From assembly GCA_964629615.1 (NCBI GenBank), contig CAZVUD010000003.1:11764-63539 (forward strand): 51,776 bases of DNA, in the 5' to 3' direction. The notes below the pieces were generated by a model, which ran no database searches, was not told the origin of the DNA, and saw only the letters and a program-made list of their open reading frames with translations. The position numbers were made by a program, and so were the translations under genes. Source of the DNA: an uncultured Clostridium sp. GTDB lineage: Bacteria; Bacillota; Clostridia; Oscillospirales; CAG-272. This document shows positions 1 to 9,759 of this stretch, one piece after another (positions within the stretch are counted from its first letter, which is position 1; each line of letters starts with the position of its first letter).

Positions 1-734
1 CATCTCCTAAGATCTGCAGAGAATGCGGTGAGACTTCAGGAGATGCTCTTGGACATGATTGGAAATCCGCTACATGCACATCTCCTAAGATCTGCAGAGA
101 ATGCGGTGAGACTCAAGGCGAAGCCATAGATTATATGCACGATTATGTTAATGGCAAATGCACACATTGCGGTGATAGATGCAGCACAGGATTACAAATA
201 TCCGGCGGATGCGTTTTAGGCATCGGAAGCTGTACAGACCCAGAGATCGTAATTCCTACAGTTCACAATGGTGTTAAAATCACTAAAATTGAAAACTTTG
301 CTTTTGCTTATGAGACAGGTATTACAAGTATTATAATTCCGGACACGGTAACTGAAATCGGGTCGTGCGCTTTTTATAAATGCGACAACCTTAAAAACGT
401 AGATATCCCTGACAGTGTCACGAAAATTGGCCAACAAGCCTTTGCAGAATGCGCGAGTATTGCAAGTATAGTTTTGCCAAGAGGTTTACGTTCCGTTCAG
501 CAAATGATGTTTTATGGATGCAAAAGCCTTGTCAGCCTTACTATATCTTCAAACGTGAACTCGCTTGGTTCAGATTTGTTCTACTCTGTAAAAAATCTTA
601 AAAGTATTTATTACGATGGAAGTTTATCGGATTGGGAAAAGATAAGTAAGGATAGCAGTTGGAAGAGTATGACCTCAACATTTACAGTATATTGTAATGA
701 TGGCTACAAAACCTATACAGGTGTATTAAAATAA
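1..734 (+). CDS. Cell-surface leucine-rich-repeat (BspA-type) protein with N-terminal Cys-rich repeat modules; 5'-truncated by the window edge
   Basis: The frame of ORF 135..734 stays open back to nt 3 (SPKICRECGETSGDALGHDWKSATCTSPKICRECGETQGE...), so the CDS starts upstream of the window. The C-terminal part has roughly 23-aa repeats of the I.IP..V..IG..AF..C..L type. Confidence 0.7.
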   Translation, partial: SPKICRECGETSGDALGHDWKSATCTSPKICRECGETQGEAIDYMHDYVNGKCTHCGDRCSTGLQISGGCVLGIGSCTDPEIVIPTVHNGVKITKIENFAFAYETGITSIIIPDTVTEIGSCAFYKCDNLKNVDIPDSVTKIGQQAFAECASIASIVLPRGLRSVQQMMFYGCKSLVSLTISSNVNSLGSDLFYSVKNLKSIYYDGSLSDWEKISKDSSWKSMTSTFTVYCNDGYKTYTGVLK

Positions 735-774
735 GTAAAAATTTCATTTCAATTGTAATTTTGAATACAGGAAA

Positions 775-804
775 GGACTCACAGCATGCTCTGTGAGTCC
801 TTTT
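775..804 (+). terminator. Rho-independent terminator after the LRR gene
   Basis: GGACTCACAG-catgct-CTGTGAGTCC followed by TTTT. Confidence 0.8.
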
Positions 805-869
805 ATGATGCTGATTTATATGATGTATAATGATTTAGCTCAAACTGTTATAAAATGCGGTCAAATCAC

Positions 870-898
870 TTGATATTTTTATAAATATGTTGTATAAT
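870..898 (+). promoter_or_regulatory. Sigma-A type promoter of the mrp-like gene
   Basis: TTGATA (870-875), 17-nt spacer, TATAAT (893-898). Confidence 0.6.
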
Positions 899-947
899 AT
901 ACATGTATGTAAATTTTTGCTTTTATATAAAGAAAGGGATCGTAAAA

Positions 948-1784
948 ATGTCAGAATCATGTAATCACGATTGTTCGAGCTGTTCTGCAAACTGCTCGTC
1001 AAGAGAAAATGCAATAGTTAAGGATGCGCTTAATCCCCACAGCCGCGTGGGACATGTTATAGCTGTCTGCAGCGGAAAGGGCGGAGTCGGTAAATCTCTC
1101 GTCACCTCAATGCTTGCTGTAAGCATGGCACGAAAGGGATACAGCGTTGGTATACTTGATGCGGATATAACCGGACCCTCCATTCCGAAGGCATTCGGAC
1201 TTAAGGATGAGGTAAACGGCGACGGAGAGGGAGCTATGCTTCCGCCTGTTACCTGCACGGGCATTCAGATAATGAGTGCAAATCTTTTGCTGGATGACGA
1301 AACATCGCCCGTAATATGGCGCGGTTCGCTCATAGCCAGCACTGTACGCCAGTTCTGGAAGGATACCGTCTGGAACTGTGACTATCTGTTTATCGACTGT
1401 CCTCCCGGAACAGGTGATGTTCCGCTTACCGTATTCCAGAGCATAGATGTTGACGGAATTGTTATAGTTTCAAGTCCTCAGGAGCTCGTTTCCATGATAG
1501 TCAAAAAGGCGGCTAATATGGCTGATATGATGAATATACCCGTATTCGGACTTGTAGAAAATATGAGCTATGTAAAGTGCCCCGATTGCGGTGAAGAGAT
1601 AAAGCTGTTTGGTGAGAGTGGCATTGAAAACATTGCGAAGGATTTCGGATACGATCTCCTTGCACGCATACCGATCGATCCCGAGATCGCTTCATATGTG
1701 GATCGCGGTTGGATAGAGACCATCAAGACCAACTATCTTGAAGAGGCAGCCGATATCATTGAGAAAAAATGTAATGCAGAATAA
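948..1784 (+). CDS. Mrp/NBP35 (ApbC-type) P-loop ATPase, Fe-S cluster carrier
   Basis: Motifs CSGKGGVGKS (deviant Walker A), DCPPGTGD and a C-terminal CPDCG. Start is moved to ATG 948 (MSESCNHDCSSC...), which is preceded by AAAGGGA. The upstream ATG 903 has no RBS. Confidence 0.85.
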   Translation: MSESCNHDCSSCSANCSSRENAIVKDALNPHSRVGHVIAVCSGKGGVGKSLVTSMLAVSMARKGYSVGILDADITGPSIPKAFGLKDEVNGDGEGAMLPPVTCTGIQIMSANLLLDDETSPVIWRGSLIASTVRQFWKDTVWNCDYLFIDCPPGTGDVPLTVFQSIDVDGIVIVSSPQELVSMIVKKAANMADMMNIPVFGLVENMSYVKCPDCGEEIKLFGESGIENIAKDFGYDLLARIPIDPEIASYVDRGWIETIKTNYLEEAADIIEKKCNAE

Positions 1785-1794
1785 TAATATTGAA

Positions 1795-1840
1795 AAAATT
1801 TCCGCTTGGGTAAACAAAAGACCCAAGCGGAAATTTTATT
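1795..1840. terminator. Bidirectional terminator between convergent genes
   Basis: Perfect 17-bp stem AAAATTTCCGCTTGGGT / ACCCAAGCGGAAATTTT with a 9-nt loop and A/T runs on both sides. Confidence 0.8.
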
Positions 1841-1846
1841 GTATGG

Positions 1847-2662
1847 TCAAATATCTATCTCAAGGTTTCCGTTATGGAAAAGGTAGTGCTTTTTCATGTG
1901 AAGCTCGCTCATCCATCCGCGTACTATAACAGTCTTGTAGAAGCCCGTATCGTAGCCGCCCTCACCCATGTTGTTCCAAAGCCATGTGGGAGTGCACCAG
2001 AGGCAGTATTTCGGAGAGATGGTCTGATAAACATCTTTTTCAACGCCACCCTGACCGTGATGTGCCATCTGAACATAATCGCAGTGCAATTCATCTGCGC
2101 TGTTCTGCTCTGTAAGCTCAACGCCGCCTTCCGTCGTAAGATCTCCGAGGAAGAGTATGCGTGCATTTTCTGTGTCAAGTCTGTATACAACAGAAGAATT
2201 GTTGAATAATTCGCGTGTGATGGAGGGGTTCGGAACATGCAATACCTTTACGCTGTAATTACCTATCTGATATACATCGTGAAGAGCGGGAGTTATAACA
2301 TTTATGCCGTATTTTTTAATAATAGCATCTATCTTGTCAAGCAAGGGAATAGAATGCTGTGCATCATGCATGGCATATTCTTCCATTAATGAGCGTGAGA
2401 TGAAATTAAAGCAGAGATTGTGTACCTTTATCTCATCACCGTGTTCCTCCATAAGTGCGCAAAATGCGCCAATGTGGTCATCATGTGGGTGTGTCAAAAA
2501 CCATGTGTGGATCTCACCGCCCGCATTTTTGATCCTTTCGTAAAGATTTTCGCTCTCAAAGGGATAACCGCCGTCGAAAACGCAAACGTTACCTCCGTCA
2601 GAGTAGATGAAAGACATGCATATCGTGTCCCTTACAGATGACTGCATATAAAGCTTTCCCAT
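1847..2662 (-). CDS. MBL-fold metallo-hydrolase
   Basis: HPHDDHIG (HxHxDH) motif; downstream His and Asp residues spaced as in beta-lactamase-fold hydrolases. Confidence 0.8.
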   Translation of the reverse strand: MGKLYMQSSVRDTICMSFIYSDGGNVCVFDGGYPFESENLYERIKNAGGEIHTWFLTHPHDDHIGAFCALMEEHGDEIKVHNLCFNFISRSLMEEYAMHDAQHSIPLLDKIDAIIKKYGINVITPALHDVYQIGNYSVKVLHVPNPSITRELFNNSSVVYRLDTENARILFLGDLTTEGGVELTEQNSADELHCDYVQMAHHGQGGVEKDVYQTISPKYCLWCTPTWLWNNMGEGGYDTGFYKTVIVRGWMSELHMKKHYLFHNGNLEIDI

Positions 2663-2692
2663 TTTCAGATCCTTTCTACGTTTACACGTATT

Positions 2693-3622
2693 TTAATTTA
2701 TTTCGTCCCGACGTTCATCTATGCGGCTCTTGTATACCGTTTCCTGATAAAGACGGGCAATGCTCTTTAGTATATCGGTGTGCGAAAAATCCTTGTTATA
2801 TGCGATGTTTACCTCGCGCGTCATGCTGAGATTTTCTATAGGCAGGGTAGTGATCTTGCCTTTTCTAACGTCACTTATGCAGGCGCTCTGCGGCAGTATG
2901 GAAACGCCAAGGTCCTTTCTTACAAGCTCCTTTATTGTTGCAACGTTATCCACCTCAAGGGATACATTGAAATCATCAAGCGAAACTCCAACGCCTGCAA
3001 GCGTTGCTTCAAAAAGCTCACGTGTGGCAGAGGAGGGAAGTCGCAATATCATGTTCTCTCCGCGAAGCTCGCTTACAGTGACCATGGATTGCTTTGAAAG
3101 GGGATTGTCGTTTGACAGCGCGCATACAAGAAAGTCTGTATCGAGCATAAGGTAATTAAATTTTTGTGTTGGGCGTTTGCCGTCAACTATGGCGATCTCA
3201 AGCTCGTAATTCTCAAGCATATCATAAAGATTATTTATGGTGTCAGTAATAACCGTTATGGTAATGCTGGGATTCTGGTTGGCATATTTGGCAAGGATCT
3301 CGGTTATCTTGTTGTTTTCCGAGGTGTGAGTTATGCCTATGCGGAAGCGTGAGATGTGGCGCTGCTCGTCGGATATCTTAAGCAGCATCTTCTCGTGCAG
3401 TGCCTTAAGTCTGCGTGCGTATTTAACTGCAATTTTTCCTTCAGGTGTAAGTCGGAAATCTCCCTTGCCCCTGATAAAGAATTTTGCATTGCATTCCTTT
3501 TCGAGCTGATTGATATGATTGCTCACAGCAGGCTGTGTCAGTGAAAGTATCTCTGCCGCCTTGGTGAAATTTTTACATTCGGCAACGCATAACAATGTTT
3601 CAAGCTTGACATCAAGCATCAT
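2693..3622 (-). CDS. LysR-family transcriptional regulator
   Basis: N-terminal winged HTH (FTKAAEILSLTQPAVSNHINQLE), about 300 aa, with a substrate-binding-type C-terminal domain. Confidence 0.9.
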   Translation of the reverse strand: MMLDVKLETLLCVAECKNFTKAAEILSLTQPAVSNHINQLEKECNAKFFIRGKGDFRLTPEGKIAVKYARRLKALHEKMLLKISDEQRHISRFRIGITHTSENNKITEILAKYANQNPSITITVITDTINNLYDMLENYELEIAIVDGKRPTQKFNYLMLDTDFLVCALSNDNPLSKQSMVTVSELRGENMILRLPSSATRELFEATLAGVGVSLDDFNVSLEVDNVATIKELVRKDLGVSILPQSACISDVRKGKITTLPIENLSMTREVNIAYNKDFSHTDILKSIARLYQETVYKSRIDERRDEIN

Positions 3623-3777
3623 ATCACCTCACATATCACAAAAAATTATAGTCGCCCAAAAAAGTATAATTTGACATTATGCTAAAATTATTATATCATA
3701 TGTTTATACGATTTGCAAGTGTTTTAAGATATTTTATCGCAAATACTTGCAAAATATTTTTTCGGAGGGCTCTGTAA

Positions 3778-5223
3778 ATGCTGAATTCATTCTATGAAAG
3801 ACTTGCAGAGAGATCCGGGGCGTCGGTGATAATAATATCCATTGCCATAATGCTCCTGTGCGGATTTCTCATGACTCGCGTGACTAAAAAACTAAAGCTC
3901 CCAAATGTGACCGCATATATCGTGTCGGGCATACTGATAGGACCTTTCTGTCTTGACCTTATACCGGTCAGTGTTATCGAGGGCACAGAATTCCTTGCCG
4001 ATATCGCGCTTGCATTTATTGCATTCAGCACGGGTGAATTCTTCAAGTTTTCAAAGCTGAAGAATAATGCAGGAAAGGTAATAGTTATAACGCTTCTTGA
4101 GGCGCTTACCGCATCGCTCGCGGTATTCGTGCTGACCTTCTTTGTGCTTAAGCTTGATCTTGCGTTTTCCATCGTGCTTGCCGCACTTGCATCTGCAACT
4201 GCGCCTGCATCGACCATGATGACCATACGCCAGACAAAGGCGCACGGTGATTTTGTAGATACGCTCCTTCAGGTCGTCGCATATGACGATATAGTGGCAC
4301 TTCTTGCATACAGTGTTGCCATTTCGATCGCAGTGACCTCTGTAACGGGTGAGGCCTTCAATTTTATGGATATTGTCCTTCCCATACTTACCAATCTTGC
4401 AACTCTTGCCTTGGGCGGACTTTTTGGACTATTCATGAAGCTGCTCATACAGAAAAAGCGTTCTACCGACAACCGCCTTATAATTGCCATAGCGCTTCTG
4501 TTTGCATTCTGCGGAGTCTGCGCCGCGCTTGGCGTATCACCTCTGCTCGGTTGCATGGCTATGGGAACGGTGTATATAAATATCACTGACGACGATAAGC
4601 TCTTTAAGCAGCTCAACTATTTCAGCCCCCCGATAATGCTTCTGTTCTTCGTGCGCTCGGGACTTTCATTTGACCTTAATGCTCTTATAAATCCTTCAGG
4701 CGCTATCGGCGGAGTTCCGCTTATAATAATCGGAGTGCTGTATTTTATCGTGCGCATATTTGGAAAATACGCAGGCGCATTCATCGGCTGCTTTGTTACA
4801 AAAAAGCCTCGGGATACGAGAAATTATTTCGGACTTGCATTGATACCGCAGGCAGGTGTGGCAATAGGTCTTGCCGCACTTGGTGCACGAGCCATCGGCG
4901 GCGAGGCAGGCAATGCACTTGAAACGGTGATACTTGCATCAAGCGTATTGTATGAGCTGATAGGACCTGCATGCGCAAAGCTTTCCTTGTACCTGTCGCA
5001 CTCATATTCAAATAAGCTTGAAGAGATCGTCACAGTAGAAGAGAAGGGCGAGGACGGCAAGGAAAAAAGCTCATTTGACCTTCTTGTCGAGCGCATCCAG
5101 AAAATACAGGAGGAGCTTGCCGAAGAAAATGAACGGGAAACAGAAGAGGAAAAGGCATTCACGGAGGCGGCTGAAGAGCACATGCGTGATCAATTACATA
5201 TGAATATAGGAGGTAAGATATAA
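3778..5223 (+). CDS. Cation:proton antiporter (Na+/H+ exchanger family) with acidic C-terminal tail
   Basis: Polytopic membrane protein with an N-terminus typical of the family (LPNVTAYIVSGILIGP). GGAGGG RBS lies 8 nt upstream. Confidence 0.75.
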   Translation: MLNSFYERLAERSGASVIIISIAIMLLCGFLMTRVTKKLKLPNVTAYIVSGILIGPFCLDLIPVSVIEGTEFLADIALAFIAFSTGEFFKFSKLKNNAGKVIVITLLEALTASLAVFVLTFFVLKLDLAFSIVLAALASATAPASTMMTIRQTKAHGDFVDTLLQVVAYDDIVALLAYSVAISIAVTSVTGEAFNFMDIVLPILTNLATLALGGLFGLFMKLLIQKKRSTDNRLIIAIALLFAFCGVCAALGVSPLLGCMAMGTVYINITDDDKLFKQLNYFSPPIMLLFFVRSGLSFDLNALINPSGAIGGVPLIIIGVLYFIVRIFGKYAGAFIGCFVTKKPRDTRNYFGLALIPQAGVAIGLAALGARAIGGEAGNALETVILASSVLYELIGPACAKLSLYLSHSYSNKLEEIVTVEEKGEDGKEKSSFDLLVERIQKIQEELAEENERETEEEKAFTEAAEEHMRDQLHMNIGGKI

Positions 5224-5939
5224 TGTCAGATCCAATTGCAAGCATACTCGGCGAATGGTCTGTCGGGATAAATGTATACAGTATAATATTCAGGATCGCA
5301 CTGTCGGTGGTCATGTCTGCGATAATCGGATGTGAAAGATCCGGAAAGCGACATTCTGCAGGACTCAGGACCTTCATGCTCATATCCTTGGCTTCCACCA
5401 CTGTCATGCTGCTTGACAAATATCTTATGTCAGGTGACGGACTTGATATATATATACTTTCGTGCGCATGTATAATCGGTGTTGCGGTAATAAGCGTGCA
5501 TTCATTGCTTGTAAGCTCACGAAGCCAGATACGCGGTCTTACGACTGCGGTGGGAATGTGGACGAGCGCCATAACGGGACTTACGATAGGCGCAGGATTT
5601 TATACCGTGACCCTCATAGCCTTTATAATTCTTTTGTCCTGCCTTTCTGTATTTCCTTCCATGGAGAGATATCTTAAGAACCGCTCAAACCATTTTGAGG
5701 TGCATCTTGAGCTTAAGAGCAGCAAATATCTGCAGAATTTTGTCAGCACCATAAGGCGGTTGGGCTTGCGAATAGATGATATCGAGGCAAATCCCGCATA
5801 TTCGGATTCAGGTCTCAGTGTCTATTCCATCGCCATAACCATCGGAAACGAGGAGCTTAAGAAGTATAAGACGCACGAGGAGATAATTGAGGCTCTGCGC
5901 AGTCTTGATTATATCTACCACATCGAAGAGATAACTTAA
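5223..5939 (+). CDS. MgtC/SapB family membrane protein
   Basis: IGCERSGKRHSAGLRTF signature, four to five TM segments, and a soluble ACT-like C-terminus. The start overlaps the upstream stop (TAATG). Confidence 0.8.
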   Translation: MSDPIASILGEWSVGINVYSIIFRIALSVVMSAIIGCERSGKRHSAGLRTFMLISLASTTVMLLDKYLMSGDGLDIYILSCACIIGVAVISVHSLLVSSRSQIRGLTTAVGMWTSAITGLTIGAGFYTVTLIAFIILLSCLSVFPSMERYLKNRSNHFEVHLELKSSKYLQNFVSTIRRLGLRIDDIEANPAYSDSGLSVYSIAITIGNEELKKYKTHEEIIEALRSLDYIYHIEEIT

Positions 5940-5943
5940 TAAT

Positions 5944-5994
5944 ATGTCCGACGCCATTGATGACCATCAGTATATGAGCGTCGGACATTTTTTT
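5944..5994 (+). terminator. Terminator after the mgtC-like gene
   Basis: ATGTCCGACGC ... GCGTCGGACAT stem followed by TTTTTT. Confidence 0.7.
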
Positions 5995-6016
5995 GCTCGT
6001 AAATTTGAAATAGCTA

Positions 6017-6045
6017 TTGCAAAATCCTTTGTTTTGTTGTACAAT
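6017..6045 (+). promoter_or_regulatory. Promoter of the M16 peptidase pair-lgt-folD cluster
   Basis: TTGCAA, 17-nt spacer, TACAAT. Confidence 0.5.
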
Positions 6046-6083
6046 ATATAATGTATTATTGTGTACTTTTTGAAAGGTAAGAT

Positions 6084-7385
6084 ATGAATAAAAAAGAGAT
6101 AGATATAAAAAGCGGCGTGAGGCTCAATATGATAGGCACTGACAGATTTAAAATGTCGCGCCTGTCGATATCCTTTATATACGATGCCGACGAGCTGATG
6201 TCCCCGATGCGAAAGCTGATGTTCTCTATACTTATGAGGGGAAGCCGAAATTATCAGTCGGTCGCCGCTATAAACCGCGCGCTTGATGATCTGTACGGAA
6301 GCACAGTCTCATTCAGATGCTCCGCAGACGGTGACAGGCATGTTTTCACATTCGTATGTGAGATGCTTGATGAGCGATATATATACAACAACGATGGTAT
6401 CGATATACTTCACGGCACTCTTGAGATATTAAAGGATATACTTTTGCATCCGCTGAAGGACGGCGAAATGCTGACGGAAGATTTTATCCGCAGTGAAAAG
6501 AAGAATGCCGCAGACGCCATAAGATCCAAAGCAAACGATCAGAGGGCTTACAGCGCAGAAAAATGCAGGCGCATCATGTTTGGCGGTGAAAAGTGTGGTA
6601 TATCCGGAGACGGAAATGAGGAAATGATCTATTCATTCACCCCCGAGCAGCTGACAGAATGCCACAGATGCATGTTTAACGATGCAAGCGTTATCTGCTT
6701 TTACATAGGATCAAAGTCTGAGGATATCATAAAAAGAGAGATACAGGGGCTGTTTTCTGATGTTACGCTCTCAAGCGATGCTCGCAAGGGCTACACACCC
6801 TATGTATCGACCCGTGATATCATATTTGAAAGCGAAGAAAAAGCAGTCGCGCAGAGCAGGCTCAATATTGGCATGAGGATGGGAGTTGTCCTCTCAGACC
6901 GCGAATATTACGCCGCAGTCTTGTTTAATGAGATATTCGGCGGATCGTCCACATCAAAGCTATTTATGAACGTGCGCGAAAAAAAGAGCCTTTGCTATTA
7001 TTGCTCGTCTGTATATATGGTGTCAAAGGGGGCGGTGTTCGTTTCCTGTGGAATAAATGCCGACAAGAGAGATGATGTATATGATGAGATCATGTATCAG
7101 CTAAATGAGATGAAGCTTGGAAATTTCACCGACGGCGAGATATCTGTGGCTAAAAAACAGATCATCAATTCCTTTAAGCAGGTCAGTGACAGTCCGTCGG
7201 GACTTGACAACTATTATTTCAGGCGCGATATGGCAGGCATTGGGCTTACACCGAGCGAAAGCATAGATATGGTAATGGCTGTGACGCGTGAGGATATCAT
7301 GAATATCGCAAAGCGTACAGTGCCTGATACCGTATATTTTCTCGGCGGTGCTGAATGTGAGGAGGCAGAAGGCTATGACGAATAA
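6084..7385 (+). CDS. M16 (insulinase/pitrilysin) family protein without the HxxEH zinc motif (YfmF-like)
   Basis: Size and C-terminal M16 features fit the family. I could not find an HxxEH motif. It is paired with an HxxEH-containing partner immediately downstream. Confidence 0.65.
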   Translation: MNKKEIDIKSGVRLNMIGTDRFKMSRLSISFIYDADELMSPMRKLMFSILMRGSRNYQSVAAINRALDDLYGSTVSFRCSADGDRHVFTFVCEMLDERYIYNNDGIDILHGTLEILKDILLHPLKDGEMLTEDFIRSEKKNAADAIRSKANDQRAYSAEKCRRIMFGGEKCGISGDGNEEMIYSFTPEQLTECHRCMFNDASVICFYIGSKSEDIIKREIQGLFSDVTLSSDARKGYTPYVSTRDIIFESEEKAVAQSRLNIGMRMGVVLSDREYYAAVLFNEIFGGSSTSKLFMNVREKKSLCYYCSSVYMVSKGAVFVSCGINADKRDDVYDEIMYQLNEMKLGNFTDGEISVAKKQIINSFKQVSDSPSGLDNYYFRRDMAGIGLTPSESIDMVMAVTREDIMNIAKRTVPDTVYFLGGAECEEAEGYDE

Positions 7386-8658
7386 TGTAAAACTCTATAC
7401 CTCCGATATATTAAAGGAGAATTATTGGCGTGCCGAGCACGACAGCGGACTTAGCGTATATGTTTTTCCAAAAGATATGAGCGGAAGCTATGCTATATTG
7501 TCCGCAAAATTCGGCGGAGCAGTGTCCTCATATATGCGCGACGGAAAGCAAGTGACGATACCCCTCGGATGTGCACATTTTCTTGAGCATAAGATGTTTG
7601 ACAATGAGGGAAGAGCCGGGGCAGATGACATCTTTTCCGCGCTCGGCGCATACGATAATGCCTATACATCAAATGACCGAACTGCATATCTGTTCAGCTG
7701 CTCCGATAATTTCAGTGAATGCCTGACAGAGCTTTTGCGATTTGTCACAGAGCCGTATTTTACAGAGGCATCTGTGAAAAAAGAGATCGGTATAATAGCC
7801 GAGGAGATACGCGGATGTCTGGACGACCCATATGACAGATGCCATATGGATCTTCTGAAAGCTATGTACCATGTGTCAAATGTAAGGAATGAAATATGCG
7901 GTACGGAAAGATCGATATCCGAGATAACGCCCGAGATACTGTATTCCTGCTGTGAGGATTTTTACCACCCTTCAAACATGGTGCTTACTGTTTGCGGAAA
8001 TGTCAGTGTTGACGAGGTTATGGATGTCGTATCAAGCGTGCTGTCAAATGACCGCAGATGCCATGATATATCCGTGTGTACAAACAACGAGCCAAGCCAC
8101 GTTTTAAAGAAATATACCGAAAGGAAGATGGACGTCGGACGCGCCATTCAGTGTATCGGTATAAAGGATGCAAATATCCCTGCAGACGCAACCGAGCGCT
8201 TGCGCCGTATCATTGCCGTAAATCTGCTGTGCAAGATACTTTTTGCCGAGTCGGGAGAGTTTTATCTTGATATGCTCAATAAAGAGATATTCACTCCGAA
8301 TTTTGATTGCGGATATTCGGCTAATAAGGACACGGGATACATACTTATATGGGATGAAAGCTCAAATGAGGAAGCCTTGCTTGAAAGCATAAAGCAGCGC
8401 ATAGAGGATGTAAAGATAAACGGCATCGACCTTGAATCATTCGAAAGGGAAAAGCGTGCCGCCTATGCCGCCTATGTGTCGGATTTTGATTCGACCGAGG
8501 ATATAGCATTTGCTCTGCTTTCCTATGCAGGTGAGGAGCTGGATATTTTTGAATATCCGCGAATACTTGATTCAGTAGATGTCAAGTACATAGAGGGCAT
8601 ACTTAAAGAGATGTTTGAGCCTGACAGATTTGCAATGTCTGTCATTAAGCCCATGTGA
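7375..8658 (+). CDS. M16 family zinc peptidase (YfmH-like)
   Basis: HFLEHKMF (HxxEH) motif near the N-terminus. Start is set at ATG 7375 (MTNNVKLY), preceded by GAGGAGG. It overlaps the upstream gene by 11 nt. Confidence 0.75.
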   Translation: MTNNVKLYTSDILKENYWRAEHDSGLSVYVFPKDMSGSYAILSAKFGGAVSSYMRDGKQVTIPLGCAHFLEHKMFDNEGRAGADDIFSALGAYDNAYTSNDRTAYLFSCSDNFSECLTELLRFVTEPYFTEASVKKEIGIIAEEIRGCLDDPYDRCHMDLLKAMYHVSNVRNEICGTERSISEITPEILYSCCEDFYHPSNMVLTVCGNVSVDEVMDVVSSVLSNDRRCHDISVCTNNEPSHVLKKYTERKMDVGRAIQCIGIKDANIPADATERLRRIIAVNLLCKILFAESGEFYLDMLNKEIFTPNFDCGYSANKDTGYILIWDESSNEEALLESIKQRIEDVKINGIDLESFEREKRAAYAAYVSDFDSTEDIAFALLSYAGEELDIFEYPRILDSVDVKYIEGILKEMFEPDRFAMSVIKPM

Positions 8659-8685
8659 TACTAAAATAAAAGGAGAAAAATTTAT

Positions 8686-9759
8686 ATGACACATATTTCA
8701 TTTCCCGGTATAGGCATAACCGAGGGCTTTGATATAAACAGAGTTGCCTTTACATTGCCTATAGGTGACGGGCTTCCGGTGCATTGGTACGGTATAATAA
8801 TAACCTGCGGTATAATACTTGCGGCTTATTATGCTTATTACCGTTCCAAAAACGAAAGTGTAAAGACAGACGATATACTTGATATATCTATATGGACCGT
8901 AGTTTGCGGAGTTATAGGTGCAAGACTTTATTATGTTGTGACATCCCTTGATAAGTTTGTTCCCAAGCCATTCGATCTTTGGACATTTATAAAGAATGTA
9001 TTAAGCTTTCGCGACGGCGGACTTGCGATATACGGCGGTATAATCTTCGGTTGTGCGGCTATAATTATCGTTTGTATCATAAAAAAGATAGATCCCTTAA
9101 AGGTTACGGATATGGCAGCTCCCGGAGTTATGATAGGTCAGCTCATGGGAAGATGGGGAAATTTCTTTAATGCAGAGGCGCATGGCGGAATAGTTGAAGA
9201 GGGACATCCTCTCTATTTCCTCAGAATGGGATTGCTTCCAAATGAGGACAGTCTGTTTGAAACATACTATTATCATCCGACATTCCTTTATGAATCTGTT
9301 TGGAATCTTATCGGATTTCTGATCATAAACGCGTTCTATAAGAAAAAGAAATTCAACGGTCAGATATCCTGCATGTACCTTGCTTGGTACGGATTCGGAA
9401 GAATGTTTATCGAGGGACTGCGCACAGACAGCCTCTATGTCGGATCTGTGAGGATATCACAGCTCGTGGGCGCATTGTGCTTTGTTATATTTGGCGGTCT
9501 GCTCGTTGCAGGGCTTATATATTCCAAGAGATTTGCGATTGAAGGATATCAAGCCAAAGGCTTTGCCGCGCTCCTCAAGCCCTCTTTGGTAGAGCGTTAC
9601 GAGTTCATTGAAGCGGAAAAGCAAGCTGAAATGTTAAAGAAAAATGGCAAAAACAAATTTAATGAAATGCAGAACGACGAAAATATGCAGGACGAAGATG
9701 TAATAAACGCGGATGCGGAAGAAAATGAAGGCGGTGACACAGATGGCAACGATAATTGA
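8686..9759 (+). CDS. lgt: Prolipoprotein diacylglyceryl transferase with a charged C-terminal extension of roughly 80 aa
   Basis: GRWGNFFNAEAHG and LYESVWN signatures; multi-TM protein; AAGGAG RBS. Confidence 0.9.
   Translation: MTHISFPGIGITEGFDINRVAFTLPIGDGLPVHWYGIIITCGIILAAYYAYYRSKNESVKTDDILDISIWTVVCGVIGARLYYVVTSLDKFVPKPFDLWTFIKNVLSFRDGGLAIYGGIIFGCAAIIIVCIIKKIDPLKVTDMAAPGVMIGQLMGRWGNFFNAEAHGGIVEEGHPLYFLRMGLLPNEDSLFETYYYHPTFLYESVWNLIGFLIINAFYKKKKFNGQISCMYLAWYGFGRMFIEGLRTDSLYVGSVRISQLVGALCFVIFGGLLVAGLIYSKRFAIEGYQAKGFAALLKPSLVERYEFIEAEKQAEMLKKNGKNKFNEMQNDENMQDEDVINADAEENEGGDTDGNDN

Noticed and set aside
903-947. Longer N-terminal extensions offered by the ORF track (903, 7348, 9713, 18375, 29296, 38756, 42384, 48182, 51086, 22496)
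   Set aside because: In most cases an internal ATG preceded by a good Shine-Dalgarno sequence gives the conserved family N-terminus, for example [10 protein letters not shown] for S16 and MKTDIQIA for Fhs. The upstream extensions overlap neighbouring genes or lack an RBS. For alaS neither candidate start has a well-placed RBS, so 18375 is kept as an alternative there.
3645-3670. ATTATA-N14-TATAAT inverted repeat as a LysR box in the divergent region between the lysR and antiporter genes
   Set aside because: The spacing does not fit the classical T-N11-A LysR motif, and the arms are simple AT hexamers that double as -10-like sequences. This is not distinguishable from chance in AT-rich intergenic DNA.
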